NCBI RefSeq assembly: GCF_009914755.1
Contig: NC_060939.1
Strand: one strand, 5' to 3'
Length of the DNA: 64,000 nt
DNA from: the human T2T-CHM13v2.0 reference genome, Homo sapiens
Made by a program: the position numbers and the translations under genes
Notes under the pieces: model-generated
The model's database searches: none
Seen by the model: only the letters and a program-made list of their open reading frames with translations
What the model was told of the DNA's origin: nothing
In this document: one piece after another, positions 1-13,277 of the stretch
Layout: every line of letters begins with the position of its first letter
How positions within the stretch are numbered: position 1 is the stretch's first letter

Positions 1-1199
1 CCCCACCTCACACTGAGACAAATGATCCAATTGGCATAATGTCTGAGCACCCTCTGGTCAGCCACCCTCTGCCCCAGTGTCCCAAGGCCCTTCTGGAAGA
101 GCCTGACTTCTCAAAAAACAGAGAAGGAGCCCAGTCCTAGAGAAGGGAATGATTACTGGGTTTAAGGGGCTTTGCTTTCCAAGAATACTTTTCCTGCCTT
201 CCTTCTTTGCTATATGCAAACCTTAGCCCTGGTGCGGTGGCTCATACACCTCATGCATGCTACCTCTCCAGCATAAAAAGGACCAGCTTGTCCAGGGGGA
301 TGCAGCCCCATGCTCTGGCTGTAACTGTGAAGGGAGGCTGGAGAGTGAGTGGGCAAAGCCCCCACCTCACACTGCCTTGGAGGAAGAAAGAAGCTATTCC
401 AACCTGGCAGCTGTTATTTACACTTCTGAATAATGTGTGAAGGCGGGAGTGTAGAAACAGTAGCAGATGACTCCAGAGAATAGGAAAACGAGGCCTTTGA
501 CAAAGAGATGTACTATTTATGTGAAACCCAATGCCTCTGCTAAGAATATATCCCCAGCACCAAATGCTTGTTCCTGATACAAGAACTACACAGATAATAA
601 AGTTATTTCCCATCTATCTTTCTCCCAGGCTGCTGGCCCAGGTGTTTACATCTAACAGTTAGCATCTCCATTTTCCAGGGCCTGATTTCAGTGTAATGCT
701 ACAGAAGGGGCTCGCTGTTCTAGTCCTAGATCCTTGCTAACTGATTATGCTAGATTCACTTTATTGGTAAAATGAAAGGCTAAGGGGATGAAATGAAATT
801 ATTCACGTCCACTTTGACATTTTATGAATAGAAAAAATCATTTAGCTGGTCGATGGCCTGGATGGGGGTTTCCTTCTCCAGCACTTGTGCTTAGAATTGT
901 TTATAGCAGGCACATAACATGTGTTGAATGAATAACTTTACACACCAAACCGTTCAATTTGAATTTTTATAATTATGGAAATTTATTCACACTGTCTGAG
1001 AGCAACTAACACCACACGATGTAGGGGAAGTCCGCGCGACTCAGAATAAATATCAACTCTTACTTGCAGGTGAAGAAAACTAACTAGAATAAGCAAAGGA
1101 AACAAACACAGAATTCTTTTATTTTTAAAAAAAATTCATGTGGTTGTAATGTAGGAAGGATGTGGGAACGGTGTGGGAAGGGTGTGTGGGAGCCGCCCT

Positions 1200-1535
1200 T
1201 GGAAATCACTGCACCTGGCAGTGGAGTGCTGCCAGGACCCATTCGCCCCACACTTTGTGCTCCACTCCAAGCCTGGCGTTCTCTCCTGCCCACTGGTGGG
1301 CTGGAGAGCAGGGAAAGGGGCAAGAGCCTACCAGCTGGAAGTTCCATATTCACATCTTAACAGAGCTACAGAAGAAAAGCAGCTTCTATTCTGCCAGGTA
1401 AAGTGTGAACAATCTCAGGGAAAGACTGCAATTGGCCCACCTTGAACCCCATGCCACCCATTGGCCCATCTGTTCAAGGAGTGAGGATATGATTGGCTCA
1501 GCTCTGTCACGTGCCTGAGTAGTGGGCGGGGCTCC
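1200..1535. mobile_element. Old MaLR LTR remnant (MLT1J/K-like)
   Basis: Repeated attggc..tcacgtgcc motifs (1431, 1460, 1492-1515) typical of old MLT1 LTRs. Confidence 0.45.
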
Positions 1536-3025
1536 GTTCTACGGAAAGTGGAGTAGCACCGTGTGTCTGTTGGGGGAATTTGTGATTCAACAGGAAGAAA
1601 TTGAACAGAGTGTTGCTTGCATTTGGCCTCAATTATAAATATGCAGTGGGGACTTGTCACAAAGTGCACATTGCAGTAACTTCAATGTTTGAAGATGCTT
1701 GTTAAAGCAGATTCTGTTCAGAATGATCCTGCCTGCTTCAGGATAGGATAAGAAGAAACTAATGCCTTAGACAGATAGAATTTTTAGGGAAGCAAAAGAA
1801 TTCCCCTTTAAGGGAATAGTTTTACGTGTTGTAAGAAGTTTACTAGGCCACACTATATTTTCTATGAAATAAAACAAATATATGTCTCCTGATTCCATTA
1901 TGGGAAGAAAAAAAAAGGGGGTTGGGGTTGTCAGAGCTCTATGTAGATAAAGTGAAGTGTCAGGGGTAAAATAAGCAATTATTGAGATTTGGGGGTGAGG
2001 CTTCAAAAGAACTGCATGCTAATTAAAACAATTCTGTATCATTTTATGCCTATTAAATTAGTGGGAGGTTTTAAAATGATAAATGTTGGCAAGGTTTCAG
2101 TGAAGCAGGTACATTTGCGCATTGCTAGAGGGACTATGAATTGGAAAGCAATTTGACAGTATGCCTTAAAAGTGCTTGGCTTTTTTCTTTTCTTTTCTTT
2201 TTTCTTCTCCTTCTTCTCCTCCTTCTTTTTTTTTTCTTTATCCAGCAATCTCTTTTCAAGGAATTTCTCCTTAGGAGTTAAACTGAATGTAGAAATCAAG
2301 ATACTCACTGAGCTCTAATTTGTCCTAAAGAATTGTGAGAATCAGGGTCACATTTTATCTTTGTGTCCCTAACACAGTCTCCATAAGGCATGGCATAGAG
2401 TCAGTGCTCTACAGTTTGTTAAAGTAATAAATGAAAATATATGTTCACAGGAGGATAATTTTAAAATTAATTATGTAAGATCATCTCAGTGGGAGACGAT
2501 GGTGTTATTAAAATTAAAAACTAAGAAAGCAATATTGCAGTGTGGGAGAAGGCCTGTCTGAGGGATCCAGGGGAAGAAAAAACTAAATAAATCTAGAAGA
2601 GTATATAACATTGTTCCTATGTTCTGATTAAAAGTATGAAAAATTTGCTTATGTATCTGGACATGGAGTGGAAAGGAAACAGAAGAAAGCAAGCAATGAT
2701 TAATTGAGGTGAATTCTTTATTGTACAGTTCCTCAATATTTATGCAAAAACACGTTTTAAATTAGTCTATTTGCTTGTTCAATATAAATATTGTGTTAGA
2801 CTAACCCATAGGACTCATCTGGATGGCAACAGAGCCTTTGTGAGCTGCCAGAAGGAATTTCTCTGCTCATTCTGGGTCTTGGGAGACCTTAGAAACGAAA
2901 TCTCCCAAAGTAATCACATCTACACTATTGTGAAATGTGTCTACATAAGAGTGTACATACAGACATGTAGAAGTGATCAATAAAATATTAAAGTTAAACA
3001 TTTTCTTGTACACAGCTAGTATATA

Positions 3026-3201
3026 TAGGACTGGCTACGTAATTTGCAGGGCCTCAGGCAAAATGAAAATTTGGGACCCCTGGCCAAAAAATTATTATGA
3101 ATTTCAAGATGGCAGCAGACGATCATTAAACCAAATGTTGGGCCCTTTTGTGCGCAGGAAACTGTGTTGCTGCACAGGTCAATGCCCGTGAAGCTGGCCT
3201 G
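3026..3201 (-). mobile_element. MER45A (hAT-Tip100 MITE)
   Basis: Matches the remembered consensus ggctacataatttgc..caaaatgaaaat..gaatttcaaga..gcattaaacc..tgcacaggtc..tgaagc; ~8-bp TSD agtatata/gttatata. Confidence 0.85.
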
Positions 3202-5581
3202 GTTATATAGACACAGGATGTGAGCAAATTATTAATAGTAAACTTCAGTTCTAGTATCAATTCTCTCTCTTGCTAGTGGTGCAACCTTGAAAAAATAAAT
3301 CATTTGCCCTTTCTGTGCCACCATCTGGTCAGACTTTGATTCCCACTGCCAGTGTTTTCCTCCATCCGACTCAGTTTCCAATTCTATAAACCAGAAGCAA
3401 TGCCTCCTGATTCACTGGGCTGCTGTGAGATATTGAAAGCTCTTGCTTTTTCCAACACAACTCCCACCTCAAGGGAATATTCCTTAAAATTACACATATT
3501 CAAATTCAGCCTGATGCACCCCCCAACAACTTCCCATTAAATTACTCATAAAAAAAAGATGAAAAGGAGAAAATTCACAACAGCAGGGACATTATGGATA
3601 ATAACCAACCATATGCCAGAATCCAGGGGAGTGATCATGGCTGCACCATCAACAGGGCTATAGTAAGCAAGGCAGTCGTGGCTGCAGCTGACTCCTTCCA
3701 GTGAGGCCTGGGGCGATGCCCACCTGGAGCTGCAGCTATTTTAGGCATTTGATTTCTTTAGAAACAGGCTTAATTTCAGCCATGGTTTCCATCTCCTGAA
3801 GAGCTGTGAGTGCCCCACCTTCTACTACGTTTGTGGCCACTCCTCCTCCATCCCACACACCAGGGAATTACTGGGACTGATTCTTTGGAAATTCTGTAGC
3901 CCAGTTTATCTTTCCAGCCTCCTCACTATGTCTCTCATCTTTAATCACTTCCTTAATGTATTTCCCCCACTGGTCTGTCCCCCCATAGTCTCATCCTCTT
4001 ATTGCTCTGGGCTGCCTCTCCCTCATCTGGTTTCCCACTGCTTTCCTTGTGCCCTTTAGAATTCTATGGCCTTTTTAAATGATTCGAAGGTGAGCCCCCT
4101 TCTCCTATCTGAGAAACCTGACTCTTTCCAAGGGGAATCTTCTCAAGTGGATGGTACCTCCCCCACTTCCTTGTTCCCCACCCTACAGGGCAGAAAGGGA
4201 AGGTCAGGCCGTACTAATCAGAATCCACTCCTCCTGTAATAAGGTCCTGGAGTGAGGTAACTTAAGAGACAGCCCACCAGCCAGCAAAATCTTCAGACAT
4301 TTTATTGCCACACAGCATCCTTCAAGCCATTGCAGCAGGTGACATCCCACGCCAGACCTCACCTTCTGGTTCCCTCAAATCTATCCTATTTCTTGCCCAT
4401 GTAATGCAATGATCATCCACATCCAGATTGCAGAGTTAGAAAATCTTTATTATGAGAGTTTGTAATCTCTGTTTCTAGTCCCCTGAGGTCTTCATATTCC
4501 CTTAGTGAGCTCATTATGATCAAGATTCACTCATCAGTTCACTGAAGAATCTGGCCTATTTCTAATGGTCTGGTTGCCCAGGTCAAGCCTTCAAATTCCA
4601 AGATTTCTATTTAGATAAGTAAATACAGTTCTTGCTTATTCCCTCCACCTGTTGTTCTCTTGGGGACAAGTTCATTTGACAGAACTATCTAACTCAGGTA
4701 GAATGTTTCAAGGCTATCAATGCAGTGAGGCTGCATGGCTAGCCAAAGCATCTGGTCTTACAAGCACCCGTATATTGAATGAGAGTGGGAGCAAAGTTTG
4801 AGAACAACCTGAGTGCAACCACAAAATTAATATGACCCAGAACTGACATTATTTACATTAACATGACTTTATCATTTCAGAAATTTCTTACCCAAGAAGG
4901 TAAAGTTGCAAACACTTTTATTGTGTCTAAGAAATTGCTAACAAAATTATTCATTTAAACAATAGATCACTCCTCAACTACACCTATTCTCAGGATGACA
5001 GGTAAATAAGACAATATGTCACGACAATATGTAGATTCAAGTAATGGACAAATCTGCTATCTTTCCATGCAGCTTTTTATTCATTAGGACTTTCTTGACC
5101 TCACAATCTCCCTCTACAATGCCATTCATTCATTCAACAAATATTTATTGAATGCTTTCTCTGGGTTGGATGTTACCTTAGACCCTCTTCTTGTCAACTA
5201 CCAGTCTCCTATTGAAATGTCCACCTTTATTGAAAAAAAGGGCAAAATTTGGCATCCTGATGGTTTTTTTTTTGGGGGGGGGGTCTCAGTTCTTATCATC
5301 CTTACTGTCTTCAACTCCAGTGACTTTCACCTTCACTTTACCTACCCACTCCAATGGAAATGCCCTTGATTCTGCCATCCCTGGGGGCACTCCATCTCTG
5401 AGTATTCCTGTGTCGAGGTATTTTCATGTATGAGTTCTTCAGAGAAAGCACTGAGTGGGTTCTTTCTCTCTTCAGGCCTCATGGTGGCCCTTCTCCCATC
5501 TGAGAGCTGGACTGAAAGAACTTTGATTGCTGAGAACACACTTGCCATTGGGAGCAAAGACTCGGACTCTAAATCACTGCC

Positions 5582-6110
5582 ATAGGTTGGCTTCTTTAGA
5601 AACATACACTGAGACAAAGATTTGTGCACAAGTAGTTTATTAAGAAAGTGCTCCCAGGCAGGGTAACTAACAATTCCGGTATACCTGGGACAGAGATACA
5701 GGAAGGTAGTTACAGTGATTTAGAACTTTCAGTTTTAAAACTGGGACCATCATACTCAAACTGGGATGAGTTGGTTGCCCTACTCCCAGAAGAAACTGAT
5801 AAGGGGATAGAGAAAGCAGAACAGGGAATGTGCTTCCTAGCCAAGCAGAATTGCAATTGCATGTATCAAAAGGGTAGCCTCAACCTGATCCCAAAGGTAA
5901 ATTCTGGAGAGTAAATTGTGGCTCAGAGTTTGCTCCTAACTAAAGTAAGAGAGCTGAGCTTCCAAACTCCCATACCCATTACACATCAGCTAGAGTCTTA
6001 GGGTTGAGGATGCTCAGAAGCAGGGAGCAGTTCCACAGCCTGAGAACAATCCTCTGAACAATTGTTGCAGGGTATTTGCAAAGGGGTAGATTGTGCACTG
6101 AGGTTGTCCA
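5582..6110 (-). mobile_element. ERVL LTR (LTR16/LTR33-like)
   Basis: gttggcttc..acactgagacaaagatttgtgcacaagtagtttatt signature. Confidence 0.6.
5659..5782. mobile_element. MER81/MER94-like hAT-Blackjack MITE nested in the LTR
   Basis: TIRs cagggtaactaac / gttggttgcccta; 8-bp TSD ctcccagg (5651-5658) / ctcccaga (5783-5790). Confidence 0.75.
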
Positions 6111-7999
6111 CTAGAATACTAACTTTAAAGGGTATGGAATTGAAAAATTCACACAAATGAGAGGACCGCACTTTTTTCCTCCCTTTCTCACTCCCCATCC
6201 AATCAAGTTGGGATGGGAGAAAGGAAGGTTGAAGATCGGCATAGGGAGCGCCAGGGGAAACATGCTACTTTTCCAGGTGCTTCCTAGAGGAAGTGTGGGG
6301 GGCACCCGGGAGAATTTCCCTCAAAGTCTGTGGGTCTTTAGGAAGACAGCATACTTGTATCCCTTCTCTCATTTCTTCTGAAGACAGAAGATTGCAGGAG
6401 TGTCCCACATGGTCGGGGCATTGAGAAACAAGAGTACAGTGTGCCTAAGTAGAAAGGGTGACCCAGCACCACCCCCTCTCATTTCTCCATGATGTTGAAG
6501 ACATTGTAAAATGATGCCAAAGTTCCCCAGGGCCCTGAGTGAAGAGCCGTGGAGGTAGAAAATGAAAAAGAATGCATGTGCTGCCCTGGAGCCTCTTGGC
6601 TAAGTAACCGGAGCTCCCCAGGAAAGGGCTGCAGTGCTACTTTGAGAGGTCGTGATCTCCTTTGTGGGCCAAATTCTCACTGATGTTCATAAAGACAACT
6701 GTACCTCATCACCCTGACAGTACATGCTTGCTTGCTTTGGAACTTGCTGAAAATGAAGATGACTTAAGTCTTTTGCATGCATTCATTTTCTCTCCAGGGG
6801 AAACGGATGGAATAAATGAGCTGAGACTAGGATATGAGCTACACTAAGGGCTCCATGTGCCTTCTCAAAAGGTAAATTATAGATATTGCAAGAAGAGATG
6901 AGTATATAAAATGTTTGTCAAAATAATATGAGAAGTCTCTCTTTGTCTTCAAATTATGCTTTCCTGCTGTTAATGTTTTTGTTAATGATAGAGATTAATC
7001 TATCCTTCATGTTTTGAGTGACATAATAAAGCTGGGATTGTACCTAATCCTTAAACCTGCCTCTAGTGACATAAATGAATTGAGATTGAATACCAGCAAG
7101 AGCTACTGTTTCTGCCCCAGGGGAACAGTACAAGAGGCCAGAACACAGCCCTGTGCTGCAGCTTTAAGCAGTCCTTCAGTTGTGTCACAATGCAGTATCG
7201 GGCTGCAAACTGGGGATCTACACAATTGTTTCTGTCCCTCTGTACATGAGACTGACGCTAAGTCCTGGGGTCCAGGACTGCTCAGATGCATGGAAAGATC
7301 CCACCTTTAATAGAGGGCTGAAAATGGGGCCAGTGGCTGCTGAATGCTGCTCTGCCATTGTCTTGAGTGGGGCGTAAAGGGATAGAAACAGCACTTGAAA
7401 ACTCTGTCTTTGGTGTCTTAAAATTGCCCCCTACCTTTACAATAAAAGAATCAAGACACAGTCTCACTATTTGGGAGGTGTTGAAGGAGATGCATACAGC
7501 TGGCAAGGCCAAGGGAAGATGCTGCGCTATCTCCTACCAGTCCACTCCAACCAGGAGCCAGGCTGGAGCTGAAAACCGCAAAGGGCAAGGTCATCATAGC
7601 TGCAAAGGTCACAGATGTCAGCCCAAACTGATACAGAAGGCAGTCATCACAACTTCTACCACCGCTCTGACCAAACAAGCCTCCCAGGTGCTGGAATCTA
7701 CCAGAGGAAAGGAGAAGAGAGCCTGAGACGGAATTTTGAACTGGACTCCAGTGAGTTAATTATCCTGAACCCACTGATCAATCTCAAGAGTGGGCTGAAT
7801 ATTCTGAGAATGTCTGCCTGAAGATGTCTGCCAGAGGGTGGCTAGAGGGTCAGAGACAGAAATTCAGGGCTATTTTAGAAATAAACACAAGTCTACTTAT
7901 TTTTGTCCATGTCTAGGCCTATTGAAATATTTTACCCCTTACATAAGATTCCCTTACTCCCACTAAACCTCACCTTTAGTCTAACCAGGACCTCTGGCA

Positions 8000-8400
8000 T
8001 TTGACCCTTGACTGTCTCAACTTTCAGCCTCTCTTCTCATTTCCCACCCTGACCTCTAGACACTATGGTGTGCCATGAGATCTGTTTCCCTGACAATGCA
8101 TTCAATTCTCATCCTCTTTCCTCCGTCATACCTGCTGAGAAAAACACAAACTTGTATCCACCCAACTTCCTGCCTCCTCCAATCCGATACCTTGGCTTCT
8201 GAGCAATGCTAGAGAAAATTGCATAACCATGCAGATTAGTAACATTTCAGATGTGTGGCCTCCAAACTCAACAAAGCCTTTCAGCATTGCCAAGAGATAC
8301 TTTCTAATTTCCAAAGTCAGCTTTCATTTCCATTTTTTCTCAATAAACCCTCCTGACACCTCCTAGCTACCTCTCCATGCTAATTTTCCACCCATTCTCT
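8000..8400 (+). mobile_element. L2 internal fragment
   Basis: Pyrimidine-rich sequence with an L2-like agagaaaattgcataaccatgcagat..ccaaactcaac..cagcattgcc motif. Confidence 0.5.
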
Positions 8401-9815
8401 TTCTCCTGACATGCATGCACACATTTATACACACAGCCACTGGGAAAGGTGTAGTCTTCAGACTAGACTCCTTGGCATGCAGTATTTTGGAAAGCTGTTT
8501 TATCTTTGGAGTTTTAGTTTTTGATAGTGTCTTTTTAGTACTTACATACGTTTCTGGAAGGGAAGCCTAACGCTTGTTTCACTGGATAATCTCTGCCGAG
8601 CATTTGAATCCTGAATTGACAGACACAATACCAGAATGCCATTGCCTGAGCCATTTTAGAGCCCATTAGGGTGAAGACTCATGAATGCCTTCAGCCAAGA
8701 GCCCTGGGTTTTCCAGGTCCCTGCCTTTCTCAGGGCATGGCTGCTGAGTTCTTCCTTGGACTCCCTGTCATTATCCAGTTGCTTATATTAGTAAATGTCA
8801 TTTTTAAGTTATCCATGGCCCATTTCTGTTACTGCTGACCAAATGAAACTTACCAAATAAAGAAGTTGCTGCTAGGAGTGGAGATTTTCAATTACAAGAA
8901 TGTCAGAGAAAATGAGTTGTGATGAGGAGAGGAGAGAAGTAAGGATTTGCTCATCTTTCTGTCCTTGTCTGAAGAGTTGGCAATCTTTGCCATGCCACAG
9001 TGACATAATTAGTAAAACTGTTGCTTATCTTCTCTTGGGATTTGACTCACTAGTAATAATCCATGATTTTAGCATGTTTCAGTTAGTTACTTCTTACAGC
9101 CCTTATAGTACATGATGAGAGAGAGAAGCTCCAGTCCAAGATAGCTGTCATAAAAATTGAGAGAGAATAGAACAGGGTGCATGTAGTTTCGTTGAGCAAG
9201 GCCTAGGATGCATGTAGTTATGTTGAACAAGGCCTTTTATGGATGTCAACAGAAATCTGAGTCAGCTGAGGGTTAAATAACTGTATTCCTTACCAAGCTG
9301 CAAGAGTCAAATTTGCCACTGAATCCTCTTTATAAAGCTGAAGTGAAAGTTAAAGCTAAATGTCATGTCCTGATCAGAAAACTGGAGGTTTATGGCGATC
9401 ACAAGTCAAAGAAGTCTGAGAACTCTGGGGAGCTCCCTCTGATCTCCTTATTCTTCCAAAGCACCTTTAAAAGAAAGAGAGTGGAGGAATGGGTAATCTC
9501 CAAAGACTGTGAACTTGGAAAAGAGACTCCCTGTCGTCACATTGGAATTCATTGCCAGATGTGACCTTAGGTTTTCTCCCACTGGGGAAAAGGATCTTGG
9601 TGAATAGAATCGAGCAGAGGCCTCTTTGGGTGTGTGGGAGGAAAGGATCTGTGTGTATCTGCACACATGTGAACATGCACGTGCATGCACTTGAGTTGGT
9701 CGGTCAAGGTGTGGAAGGTAGTGAACATCTATTACTTGATTCACCCACCTTCTATTGTTTTTCCAGAAGCAGGCCTCCAACTGAGGATGGCATGATTTTA
9801 TTCTCCTCCATCTTT

Positions 9816-10135
9816 TACTTTTTTAACTTTTTAGTTGTTTTTAGAGACAGGGTCTCGCTATCACCCAGGCTAGAGGGCTAGAGTACAGGGGCATGATCAC
9901 AGCTCACTGCAACCTTGAACTCCTGGGCTCAAGCGATCCTCCTGACTTAGCCTCCAGAGCAGCTAGGACTACAGGTTCATATCACCACACCCAGCTAGTA
10001 AAAAAAAAAAATGTTTTGGAGAGACAGCTCTCACTTTGTTGTCCAGGCTGGTCTCAAATTCCTGATTTCAAGCCATCCTCCTGCCTCAGCTTCCCAAAGC
10101 ACTGGTTCTACAGGAGTGAGCCACTGCACCTAGCC
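9816..10135 (-). mobile_element. AluJ
   Basis: Divergent Alu reverse complement; TSD ctccatcttt at 9806-9815 and 10136-10145. Confidence 0.93.
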
Positions 10136-11028
10136 CTCCATCTTTAATGTTTCCAAAAGAGAAGTCATGTGTATACAATAGGACCCATGATTATGCAATA
10201 TGGCTACATATCTCAGGCTGTATCTGATTCACACTGAGTCAAAGTCCTTTCTAATGAATTTCAAGTTTGAATTAAGACATTTAAATATCAGCCTGGCTGC
10301 TCTCTGTGTCTGGAACTATCACCAGTGGTCAGTTCCCTTCATGTGAACTGGAAGACAAAGAAAGCCGGATTACAGCGAGAGAAAAGCATGAAGCAGCTCT
10401 GCTGAGAAGGAGGTGTAAGAAAGAGCAGCCGGATCTTCCTGCCGCTCCAGTCTGCCCATTAAGGTTGACTGCATCCTCGCCTGGGATGTATGATTCCCTC
10501 CATTTGCATGATTCCACTCAATTCTTAGTGTAATAAGGTCACCCTTTGCCTTAAGCTGGCTCAAGGTTTCTATTTCTAGCAACCAAGAGAATAGTAAATA
10601 ATATTCATTATTACATGTAAAATTTACATTTTTAAACTTTATCCTGAGTATGTCACCCCTTCCCCAAGTTTTCTCTGCATTTTGAACAAACCTTTATCAC
10701 AGCACTTATTACAGTGGACAGTAATTATTTTACACATATGCCACCCACTAGACTATGAATTCATTAAGAGCCAGGATGGTGTCTTACTCATCTTGATCCC
10801 CATATCTGATTGCAGAGTGAGCTGCGTAACCAAGCACATAAAAGCAGATGTGGGAGGCAGAGCCTGTTGCAGGAACGACACTTCCTGCCTTGGCAACTGC
10901 TTCATAGGGAAGCTCCTGATTCCCCTGCTCTATTCACACCAGGGAGTCATGATGTTTCCTTGTCACCTCTGCACAAGAAGTCCAGGAGATTGAGATGTGG
11001 TGAGAGGGAGCATGTTGGTGCTCTTTAG

Positions 11029-11855
11029 CTAAGTGATAGCCACGAATTAACCTACTGACCTGCCCGATCATCTCAAAGAGGGATACAAATGCCCTGCCTT
11101 CTAGAAGCCCTAACTAGGTTTGGAACCTCAACAGAAGCTGGGCCATGGAGTGGGCAGACCAGCACAAACTCCAGTGTCCACTTGGCCAGGCCAAGCACTG
11201 TCATAGAGCACCATGGCTCTGCCCGATCATGGCAGACGAGAGTGGGTTCCCATCATATGGATGTGGGTGTATGAGGAGCAGGGGTCATGACACGAGGCAG
11301 TTTGTCCTTAAGAGCCAGGAGCAGCCCAGCCCCCTAACTTGGATGAATCCCAGAGCAAGAACACAAATGGAGGCCACACTCTGTATGCCTAAATGTTTAA
11401 AAGTTATAAACTCAGATGACAAAGTGCTAAGCAGAGCATGTTTTAGCCTCCACCTTGACAAGTACACCTTCCAATATACCTGGAAGCCAGGCTCAGATTT
11501 GGAGTTGCTGGATTTCTTGGAGTTCTGCCCAGAAACATGGATATGACAAGGAGAGCGTGCCCACCCATCACTCCTCCCTTCCCACTCCTGGCTCTCAGAT
11601 CCGAGGGTGGTCCTGGTCAAGAAGAAAGGTGGCTGTCCCCTGAAGGGGTTCTCCTTTGGGGCAGAAGGCCAGCCACTGATGGTAGCCACTAAATGGTAGC
11701 CATGAATTAACCTGTTGACCTGCCTGATCATCTCAAAGAGAGATGCAAATGGCCTGCCTTCTAGAAGCCCTAACTAAGTTTGGAACCTGAGCAGAAGTCA
11801 GGCCATGGCGTGGGTAGGCCAGCATAATCTCCAATGTCCACTCGGGAAGGCCAAG
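11029..11855. repeat. Dispersed direct repeat pair, 167 bp each (11029-11195 and 11689-11855)
   Basis: Ungapped alignment at offset 660, with about 24 mismatches by hand count (~86% identity). Confidence 0.93.
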
Positions 11856-12484
11856 AGCCTCTGTGGGACACAGAGCATAATCCATGGAAGTCAACACAGT
11901 CTGTCTGTGAGCAACCTTCAAAGCTATGCAAAATAACTTCAGGGGCCTGCCCATTGACCTTGTGTTCCCCCAGATATCCCCTTCTGGGTCTGGGTCAAGG
12001 CAGGAAGGCAAGGCAAGTTTCTCCCCAGAGGGATGGTGGAGGGGCCTCTGAGCAAGATTTCTGGGGCACATAGGTGCTCTGATCAAGTCTGTCTGTGGGG
12101 CGAAAGGTGAATCATAGACTCAGGGGCCATCTGATAACTGTACTCACAGGGAGGCCACCAGGCCTGGGCTTGGTTAGCCACTTAGGAATTTGGAAGATGG
12201 TGCAGTGGGGAAGGCGGCAGGCATTGCTGGAGCCCACTGGTCCCAGCCTGCCTTGTCAGTCGATTCTGGATCTAGAGAGTTTGGCTTCATTCCAAGTGCC
12301 CACTCTCTCCTCCCTTCCCCTAGTGAGATTGCTAATGTCCTTCTGACCTCAGGCTGGCTTGGATGTTCCTGAGCCTGCAGGTGGGGACCTCCTGGGCTAC
12401 AGATATGAGGGACTGGGTAGGAGGCTGGGGAACAAGGTACAGCAAGTGGGAAATTTCTAGGGAAATTACAAGCTCCAGGAGATC

Positions 12485-12810
12485 TAGAGTGGTGCTAACC
12501 AGCATCCTAGCCACCAGCCTCATGTGGCTAATTGGGCACCTGAGATGTGGCCAGGCTGAAATGAGATGTGCTGTAAGTATAACATACACACCAGAGTTTG
12601 AAGAGTGAGTAGGAAAAATAGAAGGTAACTATTCCATTAATAATGTTTATGTCAGTGACATGTTGAAACAATCATATGGTTCTATATATTTCTTTACATA
12701 AAGCACATTACCAAAATTAACTTTACCTACTTCTTTTCACTTTTTAAAATATAGCTGGTAGAAAATTAAAATTCCATATGTGACTCATATTATATTTATA
12801 TTAGATAGTA
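12485..12810. mobile_element. MER33-like hAT-Charlie element
   Basis: tagccaccagc..catgtggcta..gagatgtgctgtaagtataa..tacacaccaga signature. Confidence 0.75.
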
Positions 12811-12981
12811 CCCATAGACTTTCTCTGACAGAGGTCAGAGAACATAGAAGATGAAGGAAGGAGATGAAGGAAGAAGGTGAAAGAGGAAAAGGATTTTTTT
12901 TTTTTTGGCATGAGGAACTTTGCCACAAAGCTCACATTCATTTCATCCTTACTACACTCCAGACGCTGATCAAATAACTTT

Positions 12982-13277
12982 CTTTTTTTTTTTTTTTTGA
13001 GATGGAGTCTCACTCTGTCACCCAGGCTGGAGTACAATGGCATGGTCTTGGCTCACTGCAACCTCTGCCTCCTGGGTTCAAGCGATTCTCCTGCTCAGCC
13101 TCCTGAGTAGCTGGGATTGCAGGCACCCACCACCACGCCCGGGTAATTTTTGTATTTTTAGTCGAGATGGGGTTTTGCCATGTTGGTCAGGCTGGCCTCA
13201 AACTCCTGACCTCGTGATCTGCCTGCCTCGGCCTCCCAAAGTGCTGGGATTACAGGCGTGAGCCACCGCACCCAGCC
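12982..13277 (-). mobile_element. AluS
   Basis: Poly(T) plus full dimer; TSD gatcaaataacttt at 12968-12981 and 13278-13291. Confidence 0.97.

Noticed and set aside
600-1405. Possible spliced lncRNA exons (acceptor-like ttctcccag at ~628 and cttgcag at ~1069, donor-like caggtaaag at ~1397)
   Set aside because: Splice-like words alone are too common; an exon chain cannot be supported without transcript data.
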